This document shows positions 35,527 to 43,517 of a DNA stretch of 43,517 nucleotides, piece by piece. Numbering within the stretch: position 1 is the stretch's first letter; each line of letters starts with the position of its first letter. The position numbers and the translations under genes are program-made. Location of the stretch: the NCBI GenBank assembly GCA_040901675.1, contig JBBDYJ010000001.1:1-43517 (forward strand), written 5' to 3'. The notes beneath the pieces are model-generated. The model searched no databases. It was not told the DNA's origin and saw only the letters and a program-made list of their open reading frames with translations. Origin of the DNA: Pirellulales bacterium. GTDB taxonomy: Bacteria > Planctomycetota > Planctomycetia > Pirellulales > JAICIG01.

Positions 35527-36111
35527 TTAAACCAATCGCGGAACGCGCTCACCAGGCAGCACCGGCAATGGATTGGCCAATCGATAATCGACTTTAGGGG
35601 CATAAACGCGATCAGGGAATGCGTGCATATCTTGCCAATATCGATTTGCATTTACAACCTGGTCTGCCCACGGATCGCAGACGACGGTGAGTTGTCCCCA
35701 GGTTGCTGTGTCGGATGCTGAGCCGTTCGACGGCCGCCCGACGATGATAAATGCATGATCGCCCGGATTGCTGTAGCCGGCGTGGTCAAGCGGGAACGGG
35801 CAGCGCAGCAGGGAAAGGTAGTAAAAGGCGACGTCCGCATACTCACCGCAGTTGCCGCATCGCCGAGCGGTGGCCACCAGAGCGCTCACCGTGATTCGCT
35901 GTAAGCGAGGATCGACGTTCGGGTTGTGCTGCTGTTGTCGTGGAGCAAACCGGTCGACGGCGTCTCTCGATCCTTCAACGCAAGTTCCGCCAATGCCCAG
36001 CCGGCGCAAAACGCCGTTGGTAAAGCCGGTTACCCCATAGTTGGATGGCTCGCCATGCAGCACAGCGCGCGTATACCTCACTGCAATTTCGGCCCATTGG
36101 CGCGGATTCAC
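35527..36111 (-). CDS. Hypothetical Cys-His-Asp (papain/transglutaminase-like) protein
   Basis: GNCGE (C88), DHAFIIVGR (H119), VVCDPW (D146). GGAGG upstream of GTG 36111. Visibly more AT-rich than the flanks. Confidence 0.75.
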   Translation of the reverse strand: MNPRQWAEIAVRYTRAVLHGEPSNYGVTGFTNGVLRRLGIGGTCVEGSRDAVDRFAPRQQQHNPNVDPRLQRITVSALVATARRCGNCGEYADVAFYYLSLLRCPFPLDHAGYSNPGDHAFIIVGRPSNGSASDTATWGQLTVVCDPWADQVVNANRYWQDMHAFPDRVYAPKVDYRLANPLPVLPGERVPRLV

Positions 36112-36393
36112 TTTGCGTCCTCCGGAGAAGCCTGGTTACGACTCATCCCACAGCGTTTGATGATATTTTCGATTTTCCACCAAGAAAGTTGCTTGAATTC
36201 CGAATGGAATCTGTCGTGACCTGAGGGACGCGCAGATCGCAGTCAGCCGCCTGGTCCCGACCAAGACGACGTTTCGTTTGGCGAGAGTTGCGGTTGCTAG
36301 CCCCGTCGTTTAGACTTCGGCGCCTACGGGCTGAGGCGCGCGTTTTCTTGTTTCTGATCGCGGCTGTTCGGCTATTCCGCCGGGAGGTGGGTG

Positions 36394-36720
36394 ATGCCAC
36401 AGGTCGTCGCGTGCAGTCAGTGCCATGGGCAGTTCATGGCGGCGGATCACGTCTCGGGGACGATCGCAGCCTGTCCGAACTGCGGAGCGGCCAGCGCCAT
36501 TCCACACGCTGCCCCGCTCGTTGCATCCCCAGCGCCTGCGGCACTCGGCGCGCCTTACATGCCCGCCCCCAGCGGTGGCACGGGGACGCGGATCAACGAC
36601 CTCATCAACAAACTGCCAACCGATCGTCGCGGCCGCGAGCGTACGATCGGAATGGGGATCGTGATAGCCGCCGGCGCGCTGTGGCTGCTCGTCATTTTGC
36701 CGTCGCTCCCCTTCTTATAA
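36394..36720 (+). CDS. Zinc-ribbon protein with C-terminal TM anchor
   Basis: CSQC...CPNC. RBS GGGAGG. Pro/Ala linker and hydrophobic C-terminus. Confidence 0.75.
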   Translation: MPQVVACSQCHGQFMAADHVSGTIAACPNCGAASAIPHAAPLVASPAPAALGAPYMPAPSGGTGTRINDLINKLPTDRRGRERTIGMGIVIAAGALWLLVILPSLPFL

Positions 36721-37012
36721 GATGGGAAAGCCTGCCGCACGCGGACTGCCAGAAATCCGGAGGGTTTCAACTGGAGACCCTGACGATGACGTGAGAGACC
36801 AAGCGAAGAGAACTCTGGCAAGCTTACAGTCGGTAGGAATCCACAGACGCAGCGACTGCAAAGAGGATTAACAGACGGTTTTCGAACCGGCCGCCCCCGC
36901 CTGCGCCGCCTGTCGCATCGCGGTCAACCCCTACGGCGACGGCCACGCCACGCCGCCCCGCGCATCGGACGGTTCAAAGGTTCCATGAGCGAATGGGACT
37001 GTCGCTTGTGGC

Positions 37013-37351
37013 GTAAGCGTCCGGCGGATCGCGTGGTTGGCGGGGGTGGTAGCCTGAGGGGGGTCGGGAGGGGCCGACTTTCTCAGGAGGCTGGGCGATG
37101 AGCAGGCGACGACGACCGGGCAGCCGGGGCCCGCGGCGGAGCAGAGCCAAGGAACAGTTCTGGCGGGGACACGTGGCAAGGCAGCCGGCCGGTGCATTTT
37201 GCAACGGCATGCCAAGGAGGTGGCCGAATCTCAGGCCCAGTCTGGGCCCCCGGCGGCTGCACACGCCGGGGCACCGCCCCCACCCCGCAGCGAAGCCTCG
37301 GAGTCAGCGCCGTGCAGAAATTGTAGCCTTGCAACCTTGCCGGAAGGACAC
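37013..37351 (+). mobile_element. IS66-family remnant (left end plus truncated tnpA)
   Basis: GTAAGCGTCCGGC at 37013 resembles the IS66 terminal repeat. AGGAGG and ATG 37098 lead into a TnpA-like KEQFWRGHVARQ..G.AFC. Weak candidate right end GCCGGAAGGACAC at 37339..37351. Confidence 0.55.
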
Positions 37352-37390
37352 GTCCTACTCTCCGCCTTCTGCCTTCCGTCTTTCTGCCTC

Positions 37391-38095
37391 CTACGTCGGG
37401 CCCGCCAGTTCGATAAAACGTTCAGCCAGCTTGGGCCCTGCGCCGGCGTCTTCATGCTTGAAGAAGACGTAGGCCTCCTCCCAGCCCGGGCGTCTGAGCT
37501 TCTCGATCCACTCGCGAAGGTCGGCGTCGGTATAGTCCTCACGCCGCAGGCGCACGTAGCCCCAAGCGGCGGTGCTCAAGAGATCAGCCGTCGCGGCCTC
37601 GTCGACGTCGGCCACACACAGTGCACAAGAATACTTGCGGAGGCAATCGAAGACGTCGTCGTCGAACCAGCTTTCATGCCGGAACTCGAAGGCGGCCTGC
37701 GCCTGATCGCCAACGAGATCCAGAAAGGCTTCGAGTAGCGAGGTCGCCTTCTTGAAATTCGGCGGCAACTGGAACAGAAGAGGCCCTCGCCGCTCTCGCA
37801 GCACAGCGGCCGTGCGCACCAGGTAATCCGTCTCGTCCTCGACGTTCTTCAGCCGTTTTTGGTGCGTGATTCTCTGTGGAGCCTTGAGCACGAACCGGAA
37901 GTGATCCGGCACCTGCTCGGCCCACGACTCGAGGAGGCTCGCCTTCGGCATCCGGTAGAACGTGTTGTTGATCTCGACCGTGGAGAAGTGCCGGGCGTAA
38001 TAGGCCAGCATCTCTTTCTGCGGCAGCTTTTGCGGGTAGAAGCTCCCCTTCCACTCCTTGTAGCTGTATCCGCTCGTGCCGACAAAGAAGCGCAT
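37391..38095 (-). CDS. DUF72 domain protein
   Basis: Motifs VGTSGYSYKEW, VEINNTFY, KAPQRITH, LFQLPP, EFRHESW, YVRLR, YVFFKHE. Confidence 0.93.
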   Translation of the reverse strand: MRFFVGTSGYSYKEWKGSFYPQKLPQKEMLAYYARHFSTVEINNTFYRMPKASLLESWAEQVPDHFRFVLKAPQRITHQKRLKNVEDETDYLVRTAAVLRERRGPLLFQLPPNFKKATSLLEAFLDLVGDQAQAAFEFRHESWFDDDVFDCLRKYSCALCVADVDEAATADLLSTAAWGYVRLRREDYTDADLREWIEKLRRPGWEEAYVFFKHEDAGAGPKLAERFIELAGPT

Positions 38096-38260
38096 CGATC
38101 ATCCCGGAGCTTGCCCGGTTCGACAACCGGCGGCTCTCTTGACGTTCCTCTTCAGGCCTGAGTCCCTAAAGTATACGGTGCCGAGCAGAAACTGTGGGCG
38201 GCTGCCTCCGCGCCTCCAGGGCGCGAAAAGCTGCGCCTGAAATACCCAGGTCGCTCAGGC

Positions 38261-38288
38261 TTGACACCAACCGGATGTCCGCTAAGTT
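38261..38288 (+). promoter_or_regulatory. Putative str operon promoter
   Basis: TTGACA-16 bp-TAAGTT about 100 nt upstream of rpsL. Confidence 0.55.
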
Positions 38289-38385
38289 GATAGGTTCTTT
38301 AATTTACTATGTAAAGCTCTTGTCGGCGGGTGGGCCTTGGCTGGCCAAGCGCACCTGCCGGCAGGGCATGGATTCGAGGCGTTGA

Positions 38386-38754
38386 ATGCCCACGATCAAC
38401 CAGTTGGTCAAGAAAAACCGCCGGCCGCCGCGCAAGTTCAGCAAGTCGCCGGTGCTGGATAAGTGCCCGCAGAAGCGGGGCGTGTGTCTGCAGGTCAAGA
38501 CCATGACCCCCAAGAAGCCCAACTCCGCCTTGCGGAAGATCGCCCGCGTGCGGCTCTCCAACGGCAAGGAGGTCACCGTCTACATCCCGGGCGAAGGCCA
38601 TAGCCTGCAGGAGCACTCGATCGTGCTGGTCCGCGGGGGCCGAGTCCGCGACTTGCCGGGCGTGCGGTACCACGTGGTGCGCGGCGCCTTGGACACGCTG
38701 GGCGTCGAGGGCCGCAAGCAGTCGCGCAGCCTGTACGGGGCCAAGAAGTCGTGA
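38386..38754 (+). CDS. rpsL: 30S ribosomal protein S12
   Basis: Motifs [30 protein letters not shown]. Confidence 0.99.
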   Translation: MPTINQLVKKNRRPPRKFSKSPVLDKCPQKRGVCLQVKTMTPKKPNSALRKIARVRLSNGKEVTVYIPGEGHSLQEHSIVLVRGGRVRDLPGVRYHVVRGALDTLGVEGRKQSRSLYGAKKS

Positions 38755-38825
38755 GACCCCGCAACGAGGGCCTCCGGCGCCGGGCAGGCCTTGACCAACA
38801 GCAGCTTTAGAAGGAACCGGACATC

Positions 38826-39296
38826 ATGGGTCGTATTACCGCCAGCCGCGAATCGCTCGCCCCCGATCCCCGCTACGGCTCGTTGCTGGCCAGCAAGTTC
38901 ATCAATTGCCTGATGCACGACGGCAAGAAGAGCACCGCCCAGGCGGTCTTCTACGGCGCGCTCGACATCATCCGCGAAAAAGTCAAGGACGTCGAGCCGA
39001 TCGAGGTCTTCACCGAGGCGGTCAACCACGTCAAGCCGGAGGTCGAGGTCCGCTCGAAGCGGGTCGGCGGCGCGGCCTACCAGGTGCCGATGCAGGTCAA
39101 CCGCAACCGGCAGCAGTCGCTGGCCATCCGTTGGCTCCTGCTGGCGGTGCGGGAGAAGAAGGGGCGTCCGATGCAAGAAAAGCTGGCCGAAGAGTTGATG
39201 GCGGCCTACAAGCGGGAAGGCGCGGCGGTGACGCGGCGCGAGAACGTGCATCGCATGGCCGACGCCAATAAAGCCTTCGCCCATTTCGCCTGGTAA
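38826..39296 (+). CDS. rpsG: 30S ribosomal protein S7
   Basis: Motifs [30 protein letters not shown]. Confidence 0.99.
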   Translation: MGRITASRESLAPDPRYGSLLASKFINCLMHDGKKSTAQAVFYGALDIIREKVKDVEPIEVFTEAVNHVKPEVEVRSKRVGGAAYQVPMQVNRNRQQSLAIRWLLLAVREKKGRPMQEKLAEELMAAYKREGAAVTRRENVHRMADANKAFAHFAW

Positions 39297-39317
39297 TCGA
39301 CGAGCGTTTGTCATTGG

Positions 39318-39355
39318 CCGTGCCGGGGTGCCCCTTCCCGGCACGGTCTTCTCTT
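39318..39355 (+). terminator. Possible intrinsic terminator between rpsG and fusA
   Basis: 10-bp stem CCGTGCCGGG / CCCGGCACGG with a 9-nt loop, followed by TCTTCTCTT. Confidence 0.5.
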
Positions 39356-39429
39356 GCGCAAGGGGGTCGGAAGGGATCATTCGCAACGACGTGCCCCCCC
39401 CGCGGGGACGATTGCCGCGATCAGCAAAC

Positions 39430-41511
39430 ATGGCCCGCCAACTGAACCAGCTCCGCAACATCGGCATCATCGCCCATATCGATGCCGGCAAGACCACCGT
39501 CACCGAGCGGATGCTGTTCTATTGCGGCGCCACGCACCGCATGGGCGACGTCGACAAGGGGACCACGGAAACCGATTTCGACCCGGAGGAGCAGCAGCGG
39601 GGCATCACGATCTATTCGGCCAGCGTCACGTTCAACTGGAAGGACGTGGTGGTCAACCTGATCGACACCCCGGGCCACGTCGATTTCACGGCCGAGGTCG
39701 AGCGCAGCCTACGCGTGCTCGACGGCGGCGTGGTGGTGTTCAGCGCCCGCGAAGGGGTGGAAGCCCAGAGCGAGACCGTCTGGCGGCAGGCGGACCGCTA
39801 TCGCGTGCCGCGGGTCGCCTTTATCAACAAGATGGACCGCGAAGGGGCCGACTTTTTCGGCACCCTGGACGAGATCCGCAAGCGGCTGGAGGCCAATCCG
39901 GTGGCCCTGCAGTTGCCCGTCGGCGTGGGGCCGCCGCATCTGCCCGAGGCCTTTCGCGGGATCATCGACCTGGTCGAGATGAAGATGCTCACGTTTCCGC
40001 CGGAAGCACAAGGATCCGAGGTGGTCGAAAGCGAGATCCCGGCCGAAATGGCCGACGAAGCCCGCTTGTGGCGGGAGCAGTTACTCGAAAAGCTGTACGA
40101 CTACTCGAACGAGCTGATGGAGCTGGCCTTGGCCGAGGCCCCGGTGCCCGGCGCACTGATCCGCAAGGTGGTCCGCGATGCCACGCTGCACCGGCTGATC
40201 GTGCCGGTCCTGTGCGGTTCGGCCCTGGACCACGTGGGGATTCAACCGTTGCTCGACGCGGTGGCGTATTACCTGCCCAGTCCGGCCGACGTGCCCGCGG
40301 TGGAGGGGACCGATCCCAAGAAGCCCGACAAGCGGCTGGTGCGGAAACCCACTGTCGACGAGCCGTTTTGCGGACTGATCTTCAAGATCCAGGCGGACAA
40401 GCACGGCGACTTGCACTACGTGCGGGTCTACTCCGGCCGGCTGGAGGCGGGCACCCGGGTCTACAACCCGGGCAAGGACAAGAAGGAAAACGTCAGCCAG
40501 TTGTGGCACGTGCAGGCCAGCCGCAAGGAGCAGGTCGAGGCGGTCGAAGTGGGAGACATCGTGGGCTTGATCGGGCTGCGCCACTCGATCACGGGCGACA
40601 CGATTTGCGATACCAAGCACCCGATCCTGTTGGAGTCGATCCAATTTCCCGACACCGTCATCTCGATGGCCATCGAGCCGGAAAGCTCGTCCGAACGCAA
40701 GAAGCTCGCCGATACGCTGGACGTGCTCAAGCGGCAGGATCCCACGTTCCGGGCCCAGACCAGCGAAGAGACCGGCCAGACCCTGATCAGCGGCATGGGC
40801 GAGTTGCACCTGGAGGTGATCAAGCACCGGCTGCTGCGCGACTTTAACCTCAACGTCCGGGTCCATAAGCCCAGGGTCAGCTATCGAGAAACGGTCCGCG
40901 CGGCGGCCGAGGTCACGGGCGAATGCCAGTCCGCCGCAGGCGGAGCGGCCGGCCAGGCGCTATTCGCCCGCGTCCGCATCCGCATGGAGCCGTTCGAGTC
41001 GGGCGAGCGTCCGGTGACCGTGCAATGCCAGAACGCCGGCGGCATCCCGCCGTCCTACCTGCCGGCCGTCCTCGACGCGCTGGCCCGCGAGGCCGAGGGG
41101 GGCGGCTCGCTGGGCTTCCCGCTGATGAAGGTCCGCATCAGCGTCACCGGCGGCGAGGCCAACGACACCGATTCCAACGAAATCGCCTTCCGGCGAGCCG
41201 CCGCCGATGCTTTTCGCAGGGCGCTGGGCCAGGCCGGCATCGTGCTGTTGGAACCGATCATGAAGCTCGACATCACCACGCCCGAGGAGCACCTGGGCGA
41301 CATCGTGGCCGACTTGCAGCAGCGGCGGGCCGTGATCACGCATACCCAGGCCCGCGGCCGCGCCACGGTGATCGAGGCCGAGGCCCCGCTGGCCAACCTC
41401 TTTGGGTACTCCAGTGCCATCCGCAGCCTGAGCCAGGGTCGTGCGGCCTGCTCCATGGAGCCGACCGCCTACGGGCCGGCGCCGGCCGAAGTGCTGGAGA
41501 CTTTTCTGTAG
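39430..41511 (+). CDS. fusA: Elongation factor G (domain IV divergent)
   Basis: Motifs RNIGIIAHIDAGKTT, RGITI, DTPGHVDF, NKMDR, GMGELHL, LLEPIM. Start ATG 39430. Confidence 0.96.
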   Translation: MARQLNQLRNIGIIAHIDAGKTTVTERMLFYCGATHRMGDVDKGTTETDFDPEEQQRGITIYSASVTFNWKDVVVNLIDTPGHVDFTAEVERSLRVLDGGVVVFSAREGVEAQSETVWRQADRYRVPRVAFINKMDREGADFFGTLDEIRKRLEANPVALQLPVGVGPPHLPEAFRGIIDLVEMKMLTFPPEAQGSEVVESEIPAEMADEARLWREQLLEKLYDYSNELMELALAEAPVPGALIRKVVRDATLHRLIVPVLCGSALDHVGIQPLLDAVAYYLPSPADVPAVEGTDPKKPDKRLVRKPTVDEPFCGLIFKIQADKHGDLHYVRVYSGRLEAGTRVYNPGKDKKENVSQLWHVQASRKEQVEAVEVGDIVGLIGLRHSITGDTICDTKHPILLESIQFPDTVISMAIEPESSSERKKLADTLDVLKRQDPTFRAQTSEETGQTLISGMGELHLEVIKHRLLRDFNLNVRVHKPRVSYRETVRAAAEVTGECQSAAGGAAGQALFARVRIRMEPFESGERPVTVQCQNAGGIPPSYLPAVLDALAREAEGGGSLGFPLMKVRISVTGGEANDTDSNEIAFRRAAADAFRRALGQAGIVLLEPIMKLDITTPEEHLGDIVADLQQRRAVITHTQARGRATVIEAEAPLANLFGYSSAIRSLSQGRAACSMEPTAYGPAPAEVLETFL

Positions 41512-41529
41512 CTGGAGACTTTTCCGTAG
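41493..41529 (+). repeat. 18-bp tandem duplication of the fusA 3' end
   Basis: GCTGGAGACTTTTCTGTA followed by GCTGGAGACTTTTCCGTAG (1 mismatch). Confidence 0.85.
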
Positions 41530-41533
41530 GCCG

Positions 41534-41562
41534 TTGACAAGATTTTCTAAAACCTTTAATAT
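41534..41562 (+). promoter_or_regulatory. Sigma70-type promoter of the S10 operon
   Basis: TTGACA-17 bp-TAATAT upstream of rpsJ. Confidence 0.75.
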
Positions 41563-41637
41563 TCTCAGTTTGGCCCTGGTTTGGGCGGACGTGCCGGGGC
41601 TTTGGCAAAGCGGCGTAAGGGTATTCGGAGCGCGAGC

Positions 41638-41967
41638 GTGGCAGGTCAATCCAACGAGGTGATTCGCATCCGAATGGAGGCTTACGACCACTCCGTTTTA
41701 GATCAAAGCGCGGCCGAGATCGTGGACACGGCCAAGCGGACCGGTTCGGAGGTGCACGGGCCCATTCCGCTGCCGACCCGCATTGAGCGGTATACGGTGC
41801 TTTCCGGTCCGCACGTGGACAAGAAGGCCCGGCAACAGTTCGAAATCCGCACGCACAAGCGATTGATTGATATTGTCCAATCGACGGCCAAGACAATTGA
41901 AGCGTTGAACAAACTGAGCTTGCCCGCCGGCGTCGACATCAAGATCAAGGCGTCCAGCAGGCACTAG
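41638..41967 (+). CDS. rpsJ: 30S ribosomal protein S10
   Basis: Motifs [32 protein letters not shown] start after GGAG. Confidence 0.98.
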   Translation: MAGQSNEVIRIRMEAYDHSVLDQSAAEIVDTAKRTGSEVHGPIPLPTRIERYTVLSGPHVDKKARQQFEIRTHKRLIDIVQSTAKTIEALNKLSLPAGVDIKIKASSRH

Positions 41968-42063
41968 GACAGGTTTTAGGTTATGTACTGGAAGCCGCGC
42001 GGGTAAGCGGCGGTCAACGCACCGCCTGTTCCCGCGGGCAACAGACCACAAAGGCATCGAGCG

Positions 42064-42750
42064 ATGGCGATCGGATTACTCGGCCGCAAGGTCGGGATGA
42101 CTCAAGTTTTTGACGACACCGGCAAGGCGATTCCGGTCACCGTGATCGAGGCGGGTCCCTGCCATGTCCTGCAGCTCCGGCAGGCGGAGCGGGACGGCTA
42201 CAGCGCGGTGCAGGTGGGCTACCGGGACAAGCCCCGCCGATTGGCCAGCCGCAGCCAACGTGGTCATGTTGCCAGGCTCGACAGCAAGCGTTCGCGGCGT
42301 CGCAGCGCCGGCGGCGTCGAGCTGCTCCAGCGTGCCGGCTGCGAGCCGAAGCGCTTCGTTCGCGAGTTCCGCGACCTGGAGGGCGAGTACACGGTCGGCC
42401 AGGAGCTGAACGTCTCGCTGCTGGCCGAAGTCAAGGCGGTCGACATCACCGGCACCTCCAAGGGGCGGGGCACGGCCGGCGTGATCAAGCGGCACAGGTA
42501 CCGCGGCCAGCGTGCCTCGCACGGCGTGAAGAAGGTCCATCGCCACGCCGGTTCAACGGGTTGTAACTCGTTCCCGCACCGGGTGTTCAAAGGCCGCCGC
42601 ATGGCCGGCCGGTACGGCAACGAGCAGAGCACCATGCGCAACCTGAAGGTGGTGCGGATCGACGCCGACAACCACCTGCTGCTGGTCGAGGGCGCGGTGC
42701 CCGGCCCCAACGGCGGTTACCTGGTGATTCGCGAAACCAACAAGCTCTAG
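42064..42750 (+). CDS. rplC: 50S ribosomal protein L3
   Basis: Motifs LLGRKVGMTQVF, PVTVIEAG, SKGRG, MAGRYG, GAVPG. Confidence 0.98.
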   Translation: MAIGLLGRKVGMTQVFDDTGKAIPVTVIEAGPCHVLQLRQAERDGYSAVQVGYRDKPRRLASRSQRGHVARLDSKRSRRRSAGGVELLQRAGCEPKRFVREFRDLEGEYTVGQELNVSLLAEVKAVDITGTSKGRGTAGVIKRHRYRGQRASHGVKKVHRHAGSTGCNSFPHRVFKGRRMAGRYGNEQSTMRNLKVVRIDADNHLLLVEGAVPGPNGGYLVIRETNKL

Positions 42751-42785
42751 ACAGGCTGCCTGGCGCGCCGAGGGGCGAAACATCC

Positions 42786-43439
42786 ATGACCAAGTTGCCC
42801 ATCTACAACCGAACCGGACAGGAAATCGGCAGCTACGAGATCGACCCGGCCGAACTGGCCGGGCGGATCAACAAGCAACTGCTGCACGACGTCGTCGTCA
42901 TGTACCAGTCGAATCTCCGGCTGGGCACCGCCCGCACGCGGAGCCGGGGCGAAGTGGCCGGCACCACCAAGAAGATGTACCGCCAGAAGGGGACCGGCAA
43001 CGCCCGGGCCGGTTCTCGGCGCAGCGGCATCCGCCGCGGCGGCGGGCACATCTTTGCCAAGCGGCCCCGCGACTGGGTATACCGGCTGCCGCGCAAGGCG
43101 GTCCAACTGGCCACGAGGATGGCGCTGGCTTCCAAGATTCGCGACGAGCAGATGGTGGTCATCGAGGAGTTGTCGTTCCCCGCGCCCAAGACCAGCGAGA
43201 TGGCTGCCATCCTGCGGGCCCTGGGCTGCGACAAGACCAGCTTGCTGGTGACGACGGCCGACCACGACGCCAACGTTTATAAAAGCGCCCGCAACATCGA
43301 CCAGGTGGTCGTCGCGCCGGTGGCCGAGCTCAACGCCCTGTCGGTGTTGAGCCCCCGTAAGATGCTGGTCACCCGTGCCGCCCTGGACGCAATTCGCGAC
43401 CGGGCGGCGCCCCGCGCCAAGGAGCCGCAACCAGCCTGA
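42786..43439 (+). CDS. rplD: 50S ribosomal protein L4
   Basis: Motifs RQKGTGNARAGS, RGGG, KSARNI. Confidence 0.98.
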   Translation: MTKLPIYNRTGQEIGSYEIDPAELAGRINKQLLHDVVVMYQSNLRLGTARTRSRGEVAGTTKKMYRQKGTGNARAGSRRSGIRRGGGHIFAKRPRDWVYRLPRKAVQLATRMALASKIRDEQMVVIEELSFPAPKTSEMAAILRALGCDKTSLLVTTADHDANVYKSARNIDQVVVAPVAELNALSVLSPRKMLVTRAALDAIRDRAAPRAKEPQPA

Positions 43440-43517
43440 ACGGCAGCAGCCCGAAACGTACGCGGCGCCGGACGCAGCCGCTGAGACGATCCGCTTTCTG
43501 CCCAGAGCCCAGTCGAG

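Noticed and set aside
36720..37012. Structured ncRNA or tRNA in the intergenic gap
   Set aside because: No cloverleaf or recognisable riboswitch core by eye. It cannot be excluded without an Rfam scan.
39328..39429. N-terminal extension of EF-G from the ORF track
   Set aside because: It overlaps the terminator-like hairpin, and homology begins at ATG 39430.

Overview
This is a GC-rich bacterial chromosomal window. Its gene content (DUF1549/DUF1553 cytochrome-c protein plus DUF1501 pair, BlaI/M56 locus, MoxR-DUF58-BatA-prenyltransferase operon, Uma2 paralogues) points to a Planctomycetota genome; this is inferred from gene families, not from a database search. From left to right it holds small hypothetical genes, an orphan receiver-domain protein, crcB(fluC)-DUF190, and a DUF1553/DUF1501 pair enclosed by two ~715-bp direct repeats that each carry a Uma2 nuclease gene. 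Next come a large secreted beta-propeller/Ig protein, an inverted pair of REP-like elements, a BlaI-M56-secreted protein operon with a clear double operator, an antitoxin followed by an internally deleted mazF, and an M48 peptidase. A class III cyclase with non-canonical specificity residues precedes a six-gene MoxR/vWA envelope operon and an FHA gene. A ~2.7-kb patch of mobile debris follows (REP copy, internally deleted RAYT/Y1 transposase between inverted repeats, a Cys-His-Asp effector-like gene, an IS66 remnant), then DUF72 and the start of the str/S10 cluster (rpsL-rpsG-fusA-rpsJ-rplC-rplD, no tuf). Family assignments come from motif recognition by eye.
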